Origin: an uncultured Acidobacteriota bacterium
GTDB lineage: Bacteria > Acidobacteriota > Blastocatellia > RBC074
Direction: 5' to 3'
DNA: 64,000 nucleotides
Assembly (NCBI GenBank): GCA_963796275.1
Contig: CAWCKY010000007.1
Span: 64,001 to 128,000 of the forward strand
Positions 19,490 to 29,976 of this stretch are shown here, piece by piece. Position numbers and translations under genes: made by a program. Each line of letters starts with the position of its first letter. Position 1 is the stretch's first letter. The notes under the pieces were generated by a model that ran no database searches, was not told where the DNA came from, and saw nothing but the letters and a program-made list of their open reading frames with translations.

Positions 19490-21884
19490 ATGTCACGAAT
19501 CACCATATTCATCATCGCTGTCCTGTCTATCGCCAACCTGGCCCACGCCCAGCCAATCAAAAACGCCGTCCCTGATGCCGCGCGCCCACTGCCGCTTACA
19601 GCCGTTCGCCTCACCGGCGGCCCGCTCAAACATGCGCAGGACCTGGACGCGGACTATTTGCTCAAGTTGGAGCCGGATCGGATGCTGGCATTCTACCGCA
19701 AGCGCGCAGGGTTGGAACCGAAAGCGGAGCCTTACGGCGGGTGGGATGGCGATGGCAGAAACCTGACCGGCCACATCGCCGGGCACTACTTGTCCGGCGT
19801 GAGCATGATGTACGCCGCGACGGGCGACGCGCGCTTCAAAGAGCGCGCCGAATACATCGTCCGCGAATTGAAGGAAGTGCAGGACAAGTACGGCGACGGT
19901 TATCTGGGGGCATTGGCCAATGGCAAGGAGCAGTTCATCGAAGTCTCGAAGGGCAACATCCGCTCGGCGAGCTTCGACCTGAACGGGCTGTGGGCACCGT
20001 GGTACGTGCTGCACAAAACTTTTGCCGGTTTGCGCGATGCTTATCGTTACACCGGCAATCGAGCGGCGCTCGAAATCGAAATCAAATTCGCCGCCTGGGC
20101 CGAAGGCATCCTCGCCAAACTCGACGACGCGCAGATTGCAGAAGATGCTCAATACCGAGTTTGGCGGCATGCCCGAAGTGCTGGCTGACCTTTATGCCGA
20201 CACGGGCGACAAGCGCTGGCTGACGCTGTCACACCGCTTCGACCACCGCGCCGTGCTCGATCCGCTGGCGCGCCGCGAAAACATCCTGAACGGACTGCAC
20301 GGCAACACGCAGGTGCCGAAGATTGCACGGCTCGCTGGTGCGCTACGCCTACACGGGCGATAAGGCTGATGGCGAGGCGGCCCATTTTTTCTGGGACATC
20401 GTCGTTAAACATCACAGCTTTGCGACGGGAGGCCACGGCAAGGACGAATATTTCGGCCCGCCCGACGTGTTGAGCGACCGCATTGACGGGCGCACCGCCG
20501 AGACCTGCAACGTTTACAACATGATCAAGATGACGCGGAAACTCTTCGCGCTTCATCCCGAGATCAAATATGCCGAGTTTCACGAACGCGCGCTGTTCAA
20601 TCACATCCTCGGTTCGATTGATCGCGGAAGACGGCCGCACGTGTTATATGGTTCCGGTCGGGCGCGGCGTGCAGCGCGAGTATCAGGATATGTTCCGCGA
20701 GCTTCACCTGCTGCGTAGGCTCCGGCATGGAAAGCCACGCGCTGCACGGCGATGGGCTATATTACGAATCGGGCGACAAGTTGTGGGTCAATATTTACGC
20801 GCCTTCCACGGCCAAATGGGAAGCGGCGGGCGTTGACCTGGCGATGGACACAAACTTTCCCGAAGGCGAATCGGCTAGCTTGAAGCTGACGCTCAAAGCG
20901 CCCAAAGAATTCATGCTGGCGTTGCGCCGCCCTTCGTGGGCAGGCGAAGGTTTTGCCGTCAAGGTCAATGGGCAGCCCGTCAAACAGCTTTCCGCTCCCG
21001 GCTCCTACGTCGAACTCAAGCGCAGATGGAAGACGGGGGACGCCGTCGCATTGACGCTGCCGAAGACGCTGTGGTTGGAACCATTGCCCGATAACAAGCG
21101 TGTGACCGCGATAATGTGGGGGCCGATTGTGTTGGCTGGCGATTTGGGTCCGGAAAGAGAACGCCGCCGTGGCAGACAGGCTGAGGCCCAAGCCGGGGCA
21201 CGACCGCCTGCTCAACCGATTCGCATTCCATCGCTCGTGGCCGCCGACCGCCCGCTGTCCGAATGGCTCAAAGCCGTGACGGACAAACCGGGCAATTTTC
21301 GCACCGGCGGCATCGGGCACGAAGAAGATGTAAACCTCGTGCCGTTTTACCGCCTGCACCGTCGCACATACTCGATCTACTTTGACCTGTTCACGCCGGC
21401 CGAATGGGAGAAGAAGGCCGGCGAGTTGCTCGCCGCAGAAGAACGCCGGCGCAAGCTCGAAGCCGCGACGGTTGCATTTGTGGATCAGCCGGGCGAAGTG
21501 TACTCCGAGCGCGATTTCAACCAGCGAGGCGAAGACACAACGCCCGTGCGCATCGGAGGCCGCCCGGGTCGCAGCGCCCGCAAATGGTTTTCCTTCGATC
21601 TGCCCGTCGATGCGGCTCATCCGCAGAAGCTGATTGTGACCTATCACGGCGAAGAGCGCGCGACGCGGACGTTTGAAATCCTGGTGGACGACACGCGCAT
21701 CGGTGAACAGCGCATCGAACGGCATCGCCCCGGCAGCCCGACCAAGAGCTTTTTCGATGTCGAGTACTCGGTTCCGGGTGATTCGGTGAAGGGGAAGCAA
21801 AAGGTGACGGTGCGATTTCAGGCTACGGGCGGCAATGAAACCGCCGGTGTATTTGGCGTCCGCCTGGTTCGCGCGGAGCAGTAG
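19490..21884 (+). CDS. GH127-like beta-L-arabinofuranosidase with four +1 frameshifts (~20138, 20322, 20623, 20699)
   Basis: YGGWD...GHIAGHYLS, WAPWYVLHK, EFGGM, HGNTQVPK, AETCNVYNM and FTCCVGSGMESH reconstruct across five successive ORFs. Confidence 0.88.
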
Positions 21885-22194
21885 GGAACAACCAGGCGCA
21901 CGTTCTGCGAGACAGCAATAAGGTAACGAAAGGCTTACCTGAGCGAACTGCAGCCGTGTGTTGCAGACTGCGCCGTCCGTCACGCAGTTTGATCAGGCGG
22001 CTGAAACTATGTATGCTTTCGGCGCGGCGAGCGGCGAAGATGGATCCGAGGGTCTTTTTGAGATTGGGCTGAGGAGGATATTATCTTACGTAATCTTTCG
22101 CCCGACTTCGTGGACAATTATTTACCAAAATCTCACGTCGGACGTCCAAAAGTGAGATCGGCGATCAATCCGTTTGGGGCTGAATGGGATATTT

Positions 22195-23184
22195 ATGACA
22201 ACGGCTAATCACCGAGTCATCGAAACAAACGGCATTAAGATGCATATTGCAGACCAGGGCACGGGGCCGCTGGTCGTTTTGTGTCACGGGTTTCCGGAAC
22301 TGTGGTACTCCTGGCATCACCAATTACCGGCGCTGGCTGGTGCGGGCTACCGCGTTGTGGCGCCGGACCAGCGTGGTTACGGCCAGACCGAGGCGCCTGA
22401 AGCAATCGAAGCCTATGACCTCACACAGTTGACTGCTGATATCGTTGGCTTAGTCCAAGGATTGGGCGAGGAGCAGGCCGTTATCGTCGGGCACGACTGG
22501 GGGGCGCTGGTGGCCTGGCATTGCGCCCTGCTGCGGCCAGATATCTTCCGCGCCGTCGCTCTGCTGAGCGTTCCTTATCGTCAATGGTCCTGGACCGCCA
22601 TTCGCCCGACCGATGCAATGAGGAAGATGGCGGGCGAGAATCATTTTTATCAATTGTATTTTCAGGAACCTGGCAAGGCTGAGGCAGAGCTTGAAGCCGA
22701 CGTTCGCAAGAGCCTGATCATGCTTCTCTATTCGGCGTCGGGTGATCCTCCGCTAGAGAAGCGCTGGCGCTTTCTGTTCGGCAAGCACGAGACGCTGCTC
22801 GACAGCGGCACCTTGCCGGAGACACTGCCGTCGTGGTTGACGGCAGAGTATCTCGACTTATCCACACGCGAGTTCGAGAGGACCGGTTTTCGGGGTGGGC
22901 TCAACTGGTACCGGAACATTGACCGGGCGTGGGAACTAATGCGCTTCCTGAGCGGCGCGAAGATTCGGCAGCCATCGCTCTTCGCGGGCGGAGAGCTTGA
23001 TCCCTTGACTGCGATGAATAGGCAATACTTTGACGCCCTGGAACAGACCATGCCCGGCCTCAAGGAGAAAGTGTTGCTGCCGGGTGCGGGGCATTGGATA
23101 CAGCAGGAACGCCCCACCGAGATCAACCGGCTGCTGATTGATTTTCTGAACGGCTTGGATCAGCAAGGTTCGGGTAATTCGTAG
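22195..23184 (+). CDS. Epoxide hydrolase (EphA-like alpha/beta hydrolase)
   Basis: HGFPELWYSW, APDQRGYG, GHDWGA, GGLNWYRN and GHWIQQE motifs. Confidence 0.9.
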   Translation: MTTANHRVIETNGIKMHIADQGTGPLVVLCHGFPELWYSWHHQLPALAGAGYRVVAPDQRGYGQTEAPEAIEAYDLTQLTADIVGLVQGLGEEQAVIVGHDWGALVAWHCALLRPDIFRAVALLSVPYRQWSWTAIRPTDAMRKMAGENHFYQLYFQEPGKAEAELEADVRKSLIMLLYSASGDPPLEKRWRFLFGKHETLLDSGTLPETLPSWLTAEYLDLSTREFERTGFRGGLNWYRNIDRAWELMRFLSGAKIRQPSLFAGGELDPLTAMNRQYFDALEQTMPGLKEKVLLPGAGHWIQQERPTEINRLLIDFLNGLDQQGSGNS

Positions 23185-23290
23185 CAACTCCGTATGCGCG
23201 CGCGAGCCGGAGCAGCCAATTACTGCGTAGGCTCGCCGCGCACCGTAGCGGGCTTCAAGAAAACTATTGCCCTCAGAATCGCGCAACATA

Positions 23291-23812
23291 CTATTGTCTT
23301 TTGTAAACCATCTTCCACCTGTTACCCATAAATTCTTTGGCGATAGTAAGGGTCTTCCGGTCGTCGTCCATATCCCAGGTCTCTTTTAGCCCGCCGCCCG
23401 TAAGCTGAGTCGTAATGATCAGCTGCTTTCCGCTCCAACCAGCCTTTGATTTGAACGTGGAGCCATCTGGCTCGGTGTTGGTACTCTCCTTTCCATCGGT
23501 GGTCCAACGCAGTTCAATCACTCTAGGCAGTTCCTCGAAGCTTCTTATTAATTTCAGCTCCGGGTCCTTGTGATCGACCTCGTTCATTTCCTTCTCGGCT
23601 CCAGGCGGGATAGGTGGATCTCCAGCCTCTTTCGTCAATGACACAGCTTTCCATTTCCCGGTGAAGTCGGGTTTCCCATCTTTGTCCTGACCCGAACTCA
23701 GCGAGGAAGCAGAAGCAAGCGCAACTGATATCAGCAGAGCTAACGAGGCGGCTATCAGTGATAACGCGCCATGCTTCGCACTGAAACCGCTCTTTTTTTC
23801 AATCAGTCTCAT
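23291..23812 (-). CDS. Secreted hypothetical protein, lipocalin-like beta-barrel
   Basis: Signal peptide followed by KPDFTGKWK and alternating beta-strand patterns. Confidence 0.65.
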   Translation of the reverse strand: MRLIEKKSGFSAKHGALSLIAASLALLISVALASASSLSSGQDKDGKPDFTGKWKAVSLTKEAGDPPIPPGAEKEMNEVDHKDPELKLIRSFEELPRVIELRWTTDGKESTNTEPDGSTFKSKAGWSGKQLIITTQLTGGGLKETWDMDDDRKTLTIAKEFMGNRWKMVYKRQ

Positions 23813-23839
23813 AATAGGACGACGAGAACGATTCGCCTA

Positions 23840-23859
23840 TTATGCAATATATTGCATAA
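23840..23859. promoter_or_regulatory. Perfect 20-bp palindrome, candidate operator
   Basis: ttatgcaatatattgcataa equals its own reverse complement and lies 28 bp upstream of the 23812 start codon. Confidence 0.5.
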
Positions 23860-24466
23860 GTGCAAATCGTTCTCAGCGTCCATGACGATCCGGATGCGGC
23901 CGACGATCAGGCCCGTCTTTGGCTGCGATTGGATGAATCCCTCAACAATCCACAGAATGCAGCTCGATTGCGGGGCACAATTAGAGCGGGCATTAGAGAG
24001 GCGCAAGCGGATTCTGCATATAAACACATGCCACTGAGGCAATACATCGCGCATATCAAGAACGGATGCAGCCGAGAGATAAGGGATGCTCCGAGCGGCA
24101 TGAGCAGAAGGAGAGGGTAATATGGCTTGCAAGACCACGAGATATTCCCCTCACCCCCAACAAATCGGAGACACATTAAGACAGGATCAGATGGTGGACC
24201 TACTAAATGAAGCTTCTCGGCGAGGGCTAATCTCTACTATAACAATCGAGGGAAGGGAGTTGAAAAAGAGGGAAGACCCTACGAAACGGAAACCGATGCG
24301 CAAGGGGGTGGATCAATGGAAGCCGGGCATCCTGTAATGCCGTTTTATGTTCGCGCCGACCAATCGCTTTCACCAAGCCATTTGGCCCGCGAACATAAAC
24401 CATTATCAGATGACCTCGTGCTACTTGAAATATGAAAGAAATTACTACTTCTGAAAAGATTACTTC

Positions 24467-24552
24467 AAGTTGTGAATAACTCATCATCCAAAGAAATGCC
24501 GAGCTGCTTGAAAGAGAGCTTCAGAGCAGTAAGCAAATCTTTTTCACAGGGG
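24467..24552 (-). pseudogene. C-terminal fragment of a second immunity-like gene homolog
   Basis: Encodes PCEKDLLTALKLSFKQLGISLDDELFTT*, homologous to the end of the adjacent ORF (CEKGLLTALKFSFSRLGISLDGL*). Confidence 0.7.
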
Positions 24553-24559
24553 CCGTATG

Positions 24560-24938
24560 TCATAGGCCATCCAAAGAAATCCCAAGCCTGCTGAATGAAA
24601 ATTTCAGCGCAGTGAGTAATCCTTTTTCACAATGACTGTTTTGTGCCTTTTCAAGAAGAATGGCCAAGAAAACATCATCTGGATATCTATTCTCGCTGCC
24701 ATCTACCATACCTGCTAACTCTCCTGTGACAGTTTCCTGCATTTCATTGAAGCCAATCAACTCAGCAAGGCTATTCTTTACAGTATCAGTGTCACTCTCA
24801 GTCTCCTGACTTGGGTAAGAACCACGCGCACTTACCGTAATATTTAGAGCTAGAGAAGACACAAAGCGGATATTTCTGATCAGACGGCAAATCAGAATAG
24901 ATTTTTTTCAGCTCTGCTATTTTTTCAGCATCTAACAT
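24560..24938 (-). pseudogene. Putative toxin-immunity protein, frameshifted near its 5' end
   Basis: RBS aggag and ATG give MLDAEK..AELKKIYSDLPSDQK..IRFVSSLALNITVSARGSY...FNEMQETVTGEL...RYPDDVFLAIL. It lies directly after a toxin-tip relic. Confidence 0.55.
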
Positions 24939-24962
24939 CTGTCTCTCCTATTGAGTCTCATA

Positions 24963-25075
24963 TTAGTACGACGTTCTTGGAAGCGAATTAACGTCAACCC
25001 TCTCTCAGTCAGCACCTTGATCCTGGTGTTTCCTTGCATAATCGCGCCATCAGGCTTAACAATTAAAGGAGGGCC
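24963..25075 (-). pseudogene. Orphan toxin C-terminal fragment, ParB-like
   Basis: The reverse strand reads PPLIVKPDGAIMQGNTRIKVLTERG-(frameshift)-VDVNSLPRTSY*, resembling the G-x-x-R ParB-like tips of Rhs proteins. No start codon. Confidence 0.6.
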
Positions 25076-25192
25076 GAAGGTTTTCAACTTTGGCGTCATC
25101 GAGCTAGGGGTCGCTAAACAGCCGTGGGAGGCTGGTTTGGGCCGCCTCAGCGCTTACTTGGCCACAATGGGATTAGTAGATTTCCATCAGGA

Positions 25193-27361
25193 TTAGTTCT
25201 GCTTAAGCCGAAAGATTTTGAGTCCGAACCTAGAATCATTGCCATAAATCCGCTCCAAATAACGATGACTATAAACCTCGAAAGTCACCCAGTTCTGCAG
25301 TTGAATCTGGTAATCTGGCTCCTCGCTTTCGGCGGCTCTGACTCCTGGTACCGTATCTCCTGATGGACCACTGCCTTTATTGCCGATATAGGCCACAAAC
25401 CCGAAAAGGTTAGGATAATACATCACATAACGTACGCCCTGCTGCTTGAGCGCCAGATGAACTTCCTCCAGCGAAGTACAACGGCTCAAGAGTCTTCGCC
25501 ACACGACCGAATTCCAACCAGCGTCTGAGATGTGAGGATGTTCGATCCCATAATTCATCTGAGCTCCGATCATCAGCACCTTTGCATCAGGAGGAGAAAG
25601 GCGATTGATAAAATCCAGGGCACGATAATCTCCTCTGGAGGACATCAGAAATTCTCGGCGTGAGGTTCCTCCTGTAAGAAATGCAGGACCATTTTTGATG
25701 ATGTATTCATGACTACTTTTGTAAAGGACAACTCCTAGAGCAATACCAACAATGGTCAGAGGCAGCCATTTTCCGAGCTGGAAGCGATCCCCGATCCTTT
25801 CGCTGGCGGAATTCAACGCATATGCCGAAATGATCGTCAATGGGGGGTAAAGCGGAAGCAAGTAACGGTCTATCCAGGATGCCTGGACGGTCAAAAGGAA
25901 AAATCCGGCGCTGATTCCAAGCAACCAGACAATCCATCTCTGTTTTTTAGCCAGGATCAAGAATGGCAGAAACGCGAACAGATAGTTCGGGGTCAGACCC
26001 GGATCGGCAATGTTATATCTGGCTGATGCTGTCAAATATTCCCATATCCTTAGTGGATGACGTTCCGGCCTGCGCGAAGCGTACTTCGCCAGAATTTGTT
26101 CGATCTGAGCGACGATTTGCGGATCGGTTTCCCGCGCTCGATTAAAATGAACATCTATTCTCTCTTGATCTTCAGCAGTGAAGTATAGAGGGCGGCCGTT
26201 CTCAAAACGCGCGACCTCTCCCGTAAAAAAAGGATAGATCGGGTTGTGAAACCAGACGGCATTTTTGATGAGCCAGGGAGAAGTAACGGCGAGGGCAATA
26301 AGGATGAAGGCGAAACCATTCTTAATTATGTGAGAGAAAGAATCTCCTCTGCGCCAACACTCAACGCAAAACAATACTCCCAACATCAGCAGCCACAGGC
26401 CGGCAGTATACTTAATTCCCATGCTGAAACCTGCGAGCAGAGCCGAAGCAATCAACCAGCCGCGATTGGCAGTCGCTAGATAAGTTATCATTGCGCTGGT
26501 TGTGAGAAACAACATACCGGCGAGCGTGACGTCAACGCGAGATGTGACGGCTATCTCAATCACCATCCCGGCTGCGAAGAATCCAAGAAGCGCAATCATC
26601 CCTATCCGGCGAGAAAGAAATCGCGCACAAAAACCATACAATCCCAGGGCGCTGATGAGACCCAGTAAAACACTAAACAGTTTTGCCGCAATATCAGCCT
26701 TCGCCATCAGGCAAACGGCATAGATCATATGGACCAGAAAAGGCAGATTGCCTGAGAAGTTGTCCAGCACCGGGAACAATTGCCCGTGTTCGACAAATAC
26801 CTGTGTGACCGGCAAATGATAAATAGCCTCATCAGGAGAGTAGGGCGGAATTGCGGCTCGAAGGATAAGGAGCAAAGAGGCCAGACCGATTAGAGAGACT
26901 GCTATGAGCCGGGTCCAATTGGCAATGAGTTCTCGGAACAGTTCATTCAACAGCCCGGAAAGGCTGGAAATCTCACGGTAAGTAATTCCAAGCAGCAGTA
27001 TAATGAGCATCGCAACAGGCAACGGCCTGAGCCAACCAACTATCCCCAAACCGAAAACACATAGAGCGAGGCTGCCCGTCCCAAGCATGACCGAGTATGC
27101 CACTTCTTCCGCATGACCGACGAATTTCAATTTGAGAGCCCGGCTGATGCTGCTCCCAATGCAATAGGCGAGGGTGATAATAGATACCGCCAGCAGAAGG
27201 TCAAAAGCGCGGTCTAACAAGGCAAGAGAGCCGCGGTAATCAATCGTCGCCCGTGTGATTTGCAGATGCGCGTAAACCGCCGGTGCTGCAAACACGGCGA
27301 GAAGAAGGGAGAACCCCACTTTTCGTAAGGCTGGTTGTTTAAGGGTGATCGGGTAGCTCAT
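25193..27361 (-). CDS. Multi-TM GT-C-fold glycosyltransferase (ArnT/PMT-like)
   Basis: Many TM helices, loop motif PPYSPDEAIYHLP, GIKYT, PWLIKNAVWFHNPIYPF and RYLLP. Overlaps the upstream gene by 23 bp. Confidence 0.75.
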   Translation of the reverse strand: MSYPITLKQPALRKVGFSLLLAVFAAPAVYAHLQITRATIDYRGSLALLDRAFDLLLAVSIITLAYCIGSSISRALKLKFVGHAEEVAYSVMLGTGSLALCVFGLGIVGWLRPLPVAMLIILLLGITYREISSLSGLLNELFRELIANWTRLIAVSLIGLASLLLILRAAIPPYSPDEAIYHLPVTQVFVEHGQLFPVLDNFSGNLPFLVHMIYAVCLMAKADIAAKLFSVLLGLISALGLYGFCARFLSRRIGMIALLGFFAAGMVIEIAVTSRVDVTLAGMLFLTTSAMITYLATANRGWLIASALLAGFSMGIKYTAGLWLLMLGVLFCVECWRRGDSFSHIIKNGFAFILIALAVTSPWLIKNAVWFHNPIYPFFTGEVARFENGRPLYFTAEDQERIDVHFNRARETDPQIVAQIEQILAKYASRRPERHPLRIWEYLTASARYNIADPGLTPNYLFAFLPFLILAKKQRWIVWLLGISAGFFLLTVQASWIDRYLLPLYPPLTIISAYALNSASERIGDRFQLGKWLPLTIVGIALGVVLYKSSHEYIIKNGPAFLTGGTSRREFLMSSRGDYRALDFINRLSPPDAKVLMIGAQMNYGIEHPHISDAGWNSVVWRRLLSRCTSLEEVHLALKQQGVRYVMYYPNLFGFVAYIGNKGSGPSGDTVPGVRAAESEEPDYQIQLQNWVTFEVYSHRYLERIYGNDSRFGLKIFRLKQN

Positions 27362-29882
27362 TTTTCACAGTTGAAATAGAAGTTGAGTTCCGCAGCGCCG
27401 ACCACACGATGAAACATGCCACTAACACGAAAGCGATGGCCGAAATCAATAAGGCCGCGCGGTCGTACCATTGGCGGCTGAAAGTTAGCGTCACTGGCCC
27501 ATCCGCGAATGTCAGCATATAAAATGGCGTGGCTGCATAGATCGTTCCGCTGTCGGCCCTGTACCACTTCGGATGAAAAGTAGTCGCCACCAGGATTGGC
27601 GCCAGCACAGATGAATCAACGGCCTTATTTAATGGCGCGTAGTCCAGCTTGATCAAATTTTTTCCGGTTTCAATGGATACTGCGCCGGCCACAACAGGCG
27701 AACCATCTGGCTCGGCAAAGGTCGGGACTTTGTCTCGTTCAAGGACGCGACGGATGGCTATCCACTCATGGCGTATCTGGCTGGAGCTGTAATGATAGGT
27801 CGGGAATAACGAATTTACCCGCTCGCCAGGCACTTCTTTTTTGCGCTCGATGACTTCCAGTCTGGTGAACTCCGAACGGGCTGCATTGATCCTCTGGAAC
27901 AAGGGAGCATCGCTCGCTAAGGCGACCAGAAGCCTTTTCCCCGCGAACTCGCGCAACAATTTAAAGGCCCGGTTACAGTCGCCGCACTCATAGCTGTCGA
28001 GGACAACCGCTCCAAAAAGTTCAAGGTCCTGCAGTCGGTCAATCTTCCTCTCCGGCGTGCGCACCAACAGCACGTCGAACCACCCATCGGCGAATTGTTC
28101 CTCAGCCCATCTGATGAAGCTGGAATCGTTGCGCCGCCTCTCCTTGACCGTGAAGTCGCTCACCACCAGCGCCGGGCGATATGGCAATACGCGCGCTCTG
28201 GGTGGCGGACTCTCCTTCAGCTCAAACACGGTCCACGCGCCGAAATCCTGCCAACTGCCGATTGCGGGTTCCTGAGCCAGGCGGGCTTTGATCTGCGGCG
28301 TGTGGATGACGATGTAGCGCGTCCCAACCATCCTGGCTCGTTCCAAATGTTTCGATATGGGTTGCCTGATGAAGTCTAGGTCGTCGCCAAGAACCGAGCT
28401 GATCCCGAAGTGGTAAGGCGCACTCGAGAGCGTGTTAACTACAGGCAGGAAGAAGAGAGAGTTGACCGAAGCTTCGTGGTAGGCGATGCTCAGGGCCTCG
28501 TTCCCTTGAGCTGCCAAATAAGCGTTGATCGCCCTGCCGTCAAACCGCGCTCGCGTCTCGCGCACGGGAGGCACCTCAACCAGATAGCGTCCGCTGCGTC
28601 GCACCTTCGCAAAGTCTAAAATACTGGCTATCTCTGTGAACTTTTGGGGGGTGTAAAACGAGAACTGAATTTTCGTCCCCGGCGAAGTGAGGACTGTCAC
28701 GGCCAGTCCCCCTAAAGCTATGCCTGCTGTGTAGCGTACACGCTTCAATGAGAAGGCCTGATCCTTTCCGGGAAATTCACCAAGCAGTCTGGCCAATCCG
28801 CGGAAAGCCGCAGCCAGCGCGATACCGGCTAGAACAGCCAGCAGAAAGATCAGAATGGCCAGGAGTCGTTGAGCCTGTAAAGGAAACCAAGCAGGTGCTG
28901 CTGAAGAGAAGAACAGAGCCCCGGACAATAATCCGCAGCCGCCCAGATAGGACCACATAGCGGGAGACGGGTTCTTGCGCCAGATTGCAGCCCCGATCAC
29001 TGCCACAATGCAGTAGCCCCAAAGAACATTGGAGAAATAACGGCCGAGGTTGACCGGATTGGGGCGGGTGACGAAGTACTCGTACTCGCTGAACATTGGT
29101 GCCAGCCAGAAAAGCACCAGCAGAACACTAAACAGAACGGATGCCAGGCGGGCAAACAGCGTGTAGGCGGTTGGACGGAATTCACTGCTACCAATCGTAC
29201 GCAAACATTTGTACCCGTCGCAAAGAAGAGCCGCGGCCACAAAAAAGACCGCAGCAATGGCAGCGAAGAAGTTCGAAAGTATCGTAAGTGCCAACGCTAA
29301 CGCTGACAATCCAGGCTTCCACCAAGCCTGCGAGTCCGTTAGATAGATTGACAACCATAAGACCAGTAAGATGAAGCCTAATAATTGTGCGTAGAGTCCG
29401 AGCTGAAGAGTACTGAATAGATCGACACCCGAGTTCAGCCGCAGGTAGAAGCGCGAGTCGGTGAGGAGAAAAAGGGTGACGACTAGCGAACCGGAAGCAA
29501 TCAGTATGCTATGTCCTGCAATCTCCTTTGCCGCAATCCAAATTATAAATGGCAGCAAGAAGACAGAACTCAGAACGGCTAACTTAAATGCTGCACCGAA
29601 AGATAACAACTGGGAATGATAAAGCAAAGCGGCCAGCCAGTTCTGCACCGGCGGATAAAAGTTGGGGAACGGCATGCCACCAAGAACAGCATCCGTCCAG
29701 CCAAACGTGTCAGGAAAGATATGTGTTGAGTATAGCTCGGCTAGCGCTTGATGCGAAGATCCATCCCAGGCATCAGAGGGCAATGGGTTGAGGAGCTTTT
29801 GAGAAAGGCAGAGTAAAAGAAGGGTAATGCTACCTAATAGAGGGAGTAATAAGGTTGATCTTTTTGTTATTAGGCTCCACAA
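27339..29882 (-). CDS. Multi-TM GT-C-like membrane protein ('6-pyruvoyl-tetrahydropterin synthase-related' family; start uncertain)
   Basis: WDGSSH...FGWTDAVLGGMPFPNFYPP first-loop motif, many TM helices, a large soluble domain and a C-terminal TM. Confidence 0.72.
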   Translation of the reverse strand: MWSLITKRSTLLLPLLGSITLLLLCLSQKLLNPLPSDAWDGSSHQALAELYSTHIFPDTFGWTDAVLGGMPFPNFYPPVQNWLAALLYHSQLLSFGAAFKLAVLSSVFLLPFIIWIAAKEIAGHSILIASGSLVVTLFLLTDSRFYLRLNSGVDLFSTLQLGLYAQLLGFILLVLWLSIYLTDSQAWWKPGLSALALALTILSNFFAAIAAVFFVAAALLCDGYKCLRTIGSSEFRPTAYTLFARLASVLFSVLLVLFWLAPMFSEYEYFVTRPNPVNLGRYFSNVLWGYCIVAVIGAAIWRKNPSPAMWSYLGGCGLLSGALFFSSAAPAWFPLQAQRLLAILIFLLAVLAGIALAAAFRGLARLLGEFPGKDQAFSLKRVRYTAGIALGGLAVTVLTSPGTKIQFSFYTPQKFTEIASILDFAKVRRSGRYLVEVPPVRETRARFDGRAINAYLAAQGNEALSIAYHEASVNSLFFLPVVNTLSSAPYHFGISSVLGDDLDFIRQPISKHLERARMVGTRYIVIHTPQIKARLAQEPAIGSWQDFGAWTVFELKESPPPRARVLPYRPALVVSDFTVKERRRNDSSFIRWAEEQFADGWFDVLLVRTPERKIDRLQDLELFGAVVLDSYECGDCNRAFKLLREFAGKRLLVALASDAPLFQRINAARSEFTRLEVIERKKEVPGERVNSLFPTYHYSSSQIRHEWIAIRRVLERDKVPTFAEPDGSPVVAGAVSIETGKNLIKLDYAPLNKAVDSSVLAPILVATTFHPKWYRADSGTIYAATPFYMLTFADGPVTLTFSRQWYDRAALLISAIAFVLVACFIVWSALRNSTSISTVKNELPDHP

Positions 29883-29976
29883 GACAAGCAGTTCATCAGT
29901 AAGTAAATATAATATTGGTTCTACACAAGTTTACTCTTGCAAGAATATGTATACTAGGAAGCTACTTTACAGCAGC

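Noticed and set aside
19490-21884. Programmed frameshifting or true pseudogenisation of GH127 (also the TPR gene at ~15210 and the propeller gene at ~30070)
   Set aside because: All breaks are single-base insertions without slippery motifs, and the reconstructed proteins have no internal stops. This is most consistent with insertion-biased sequencing or assembly error. Read mapping would settle it.
20757-21983. 408-aa minus-strand ORF and other long antisense ORFs
   Set aside because: These are shadows of GC-rich genes on the opposite strand and have no recognisable motifs.
23840-23859. dif/Xer site or integron attC
   Set aside because: The TTATG/CATAA arms are oriented and spaced unlike dif (11-6-11), and there are no RYYYAAC...GTTRRRY ends.
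27339-29882. Pterin biosynthesis enzyme
   Set aside because: The family name is misleading. The sequence is a polytopic membrane protein with GT-C-like features and has no PTPS catalytic domain.
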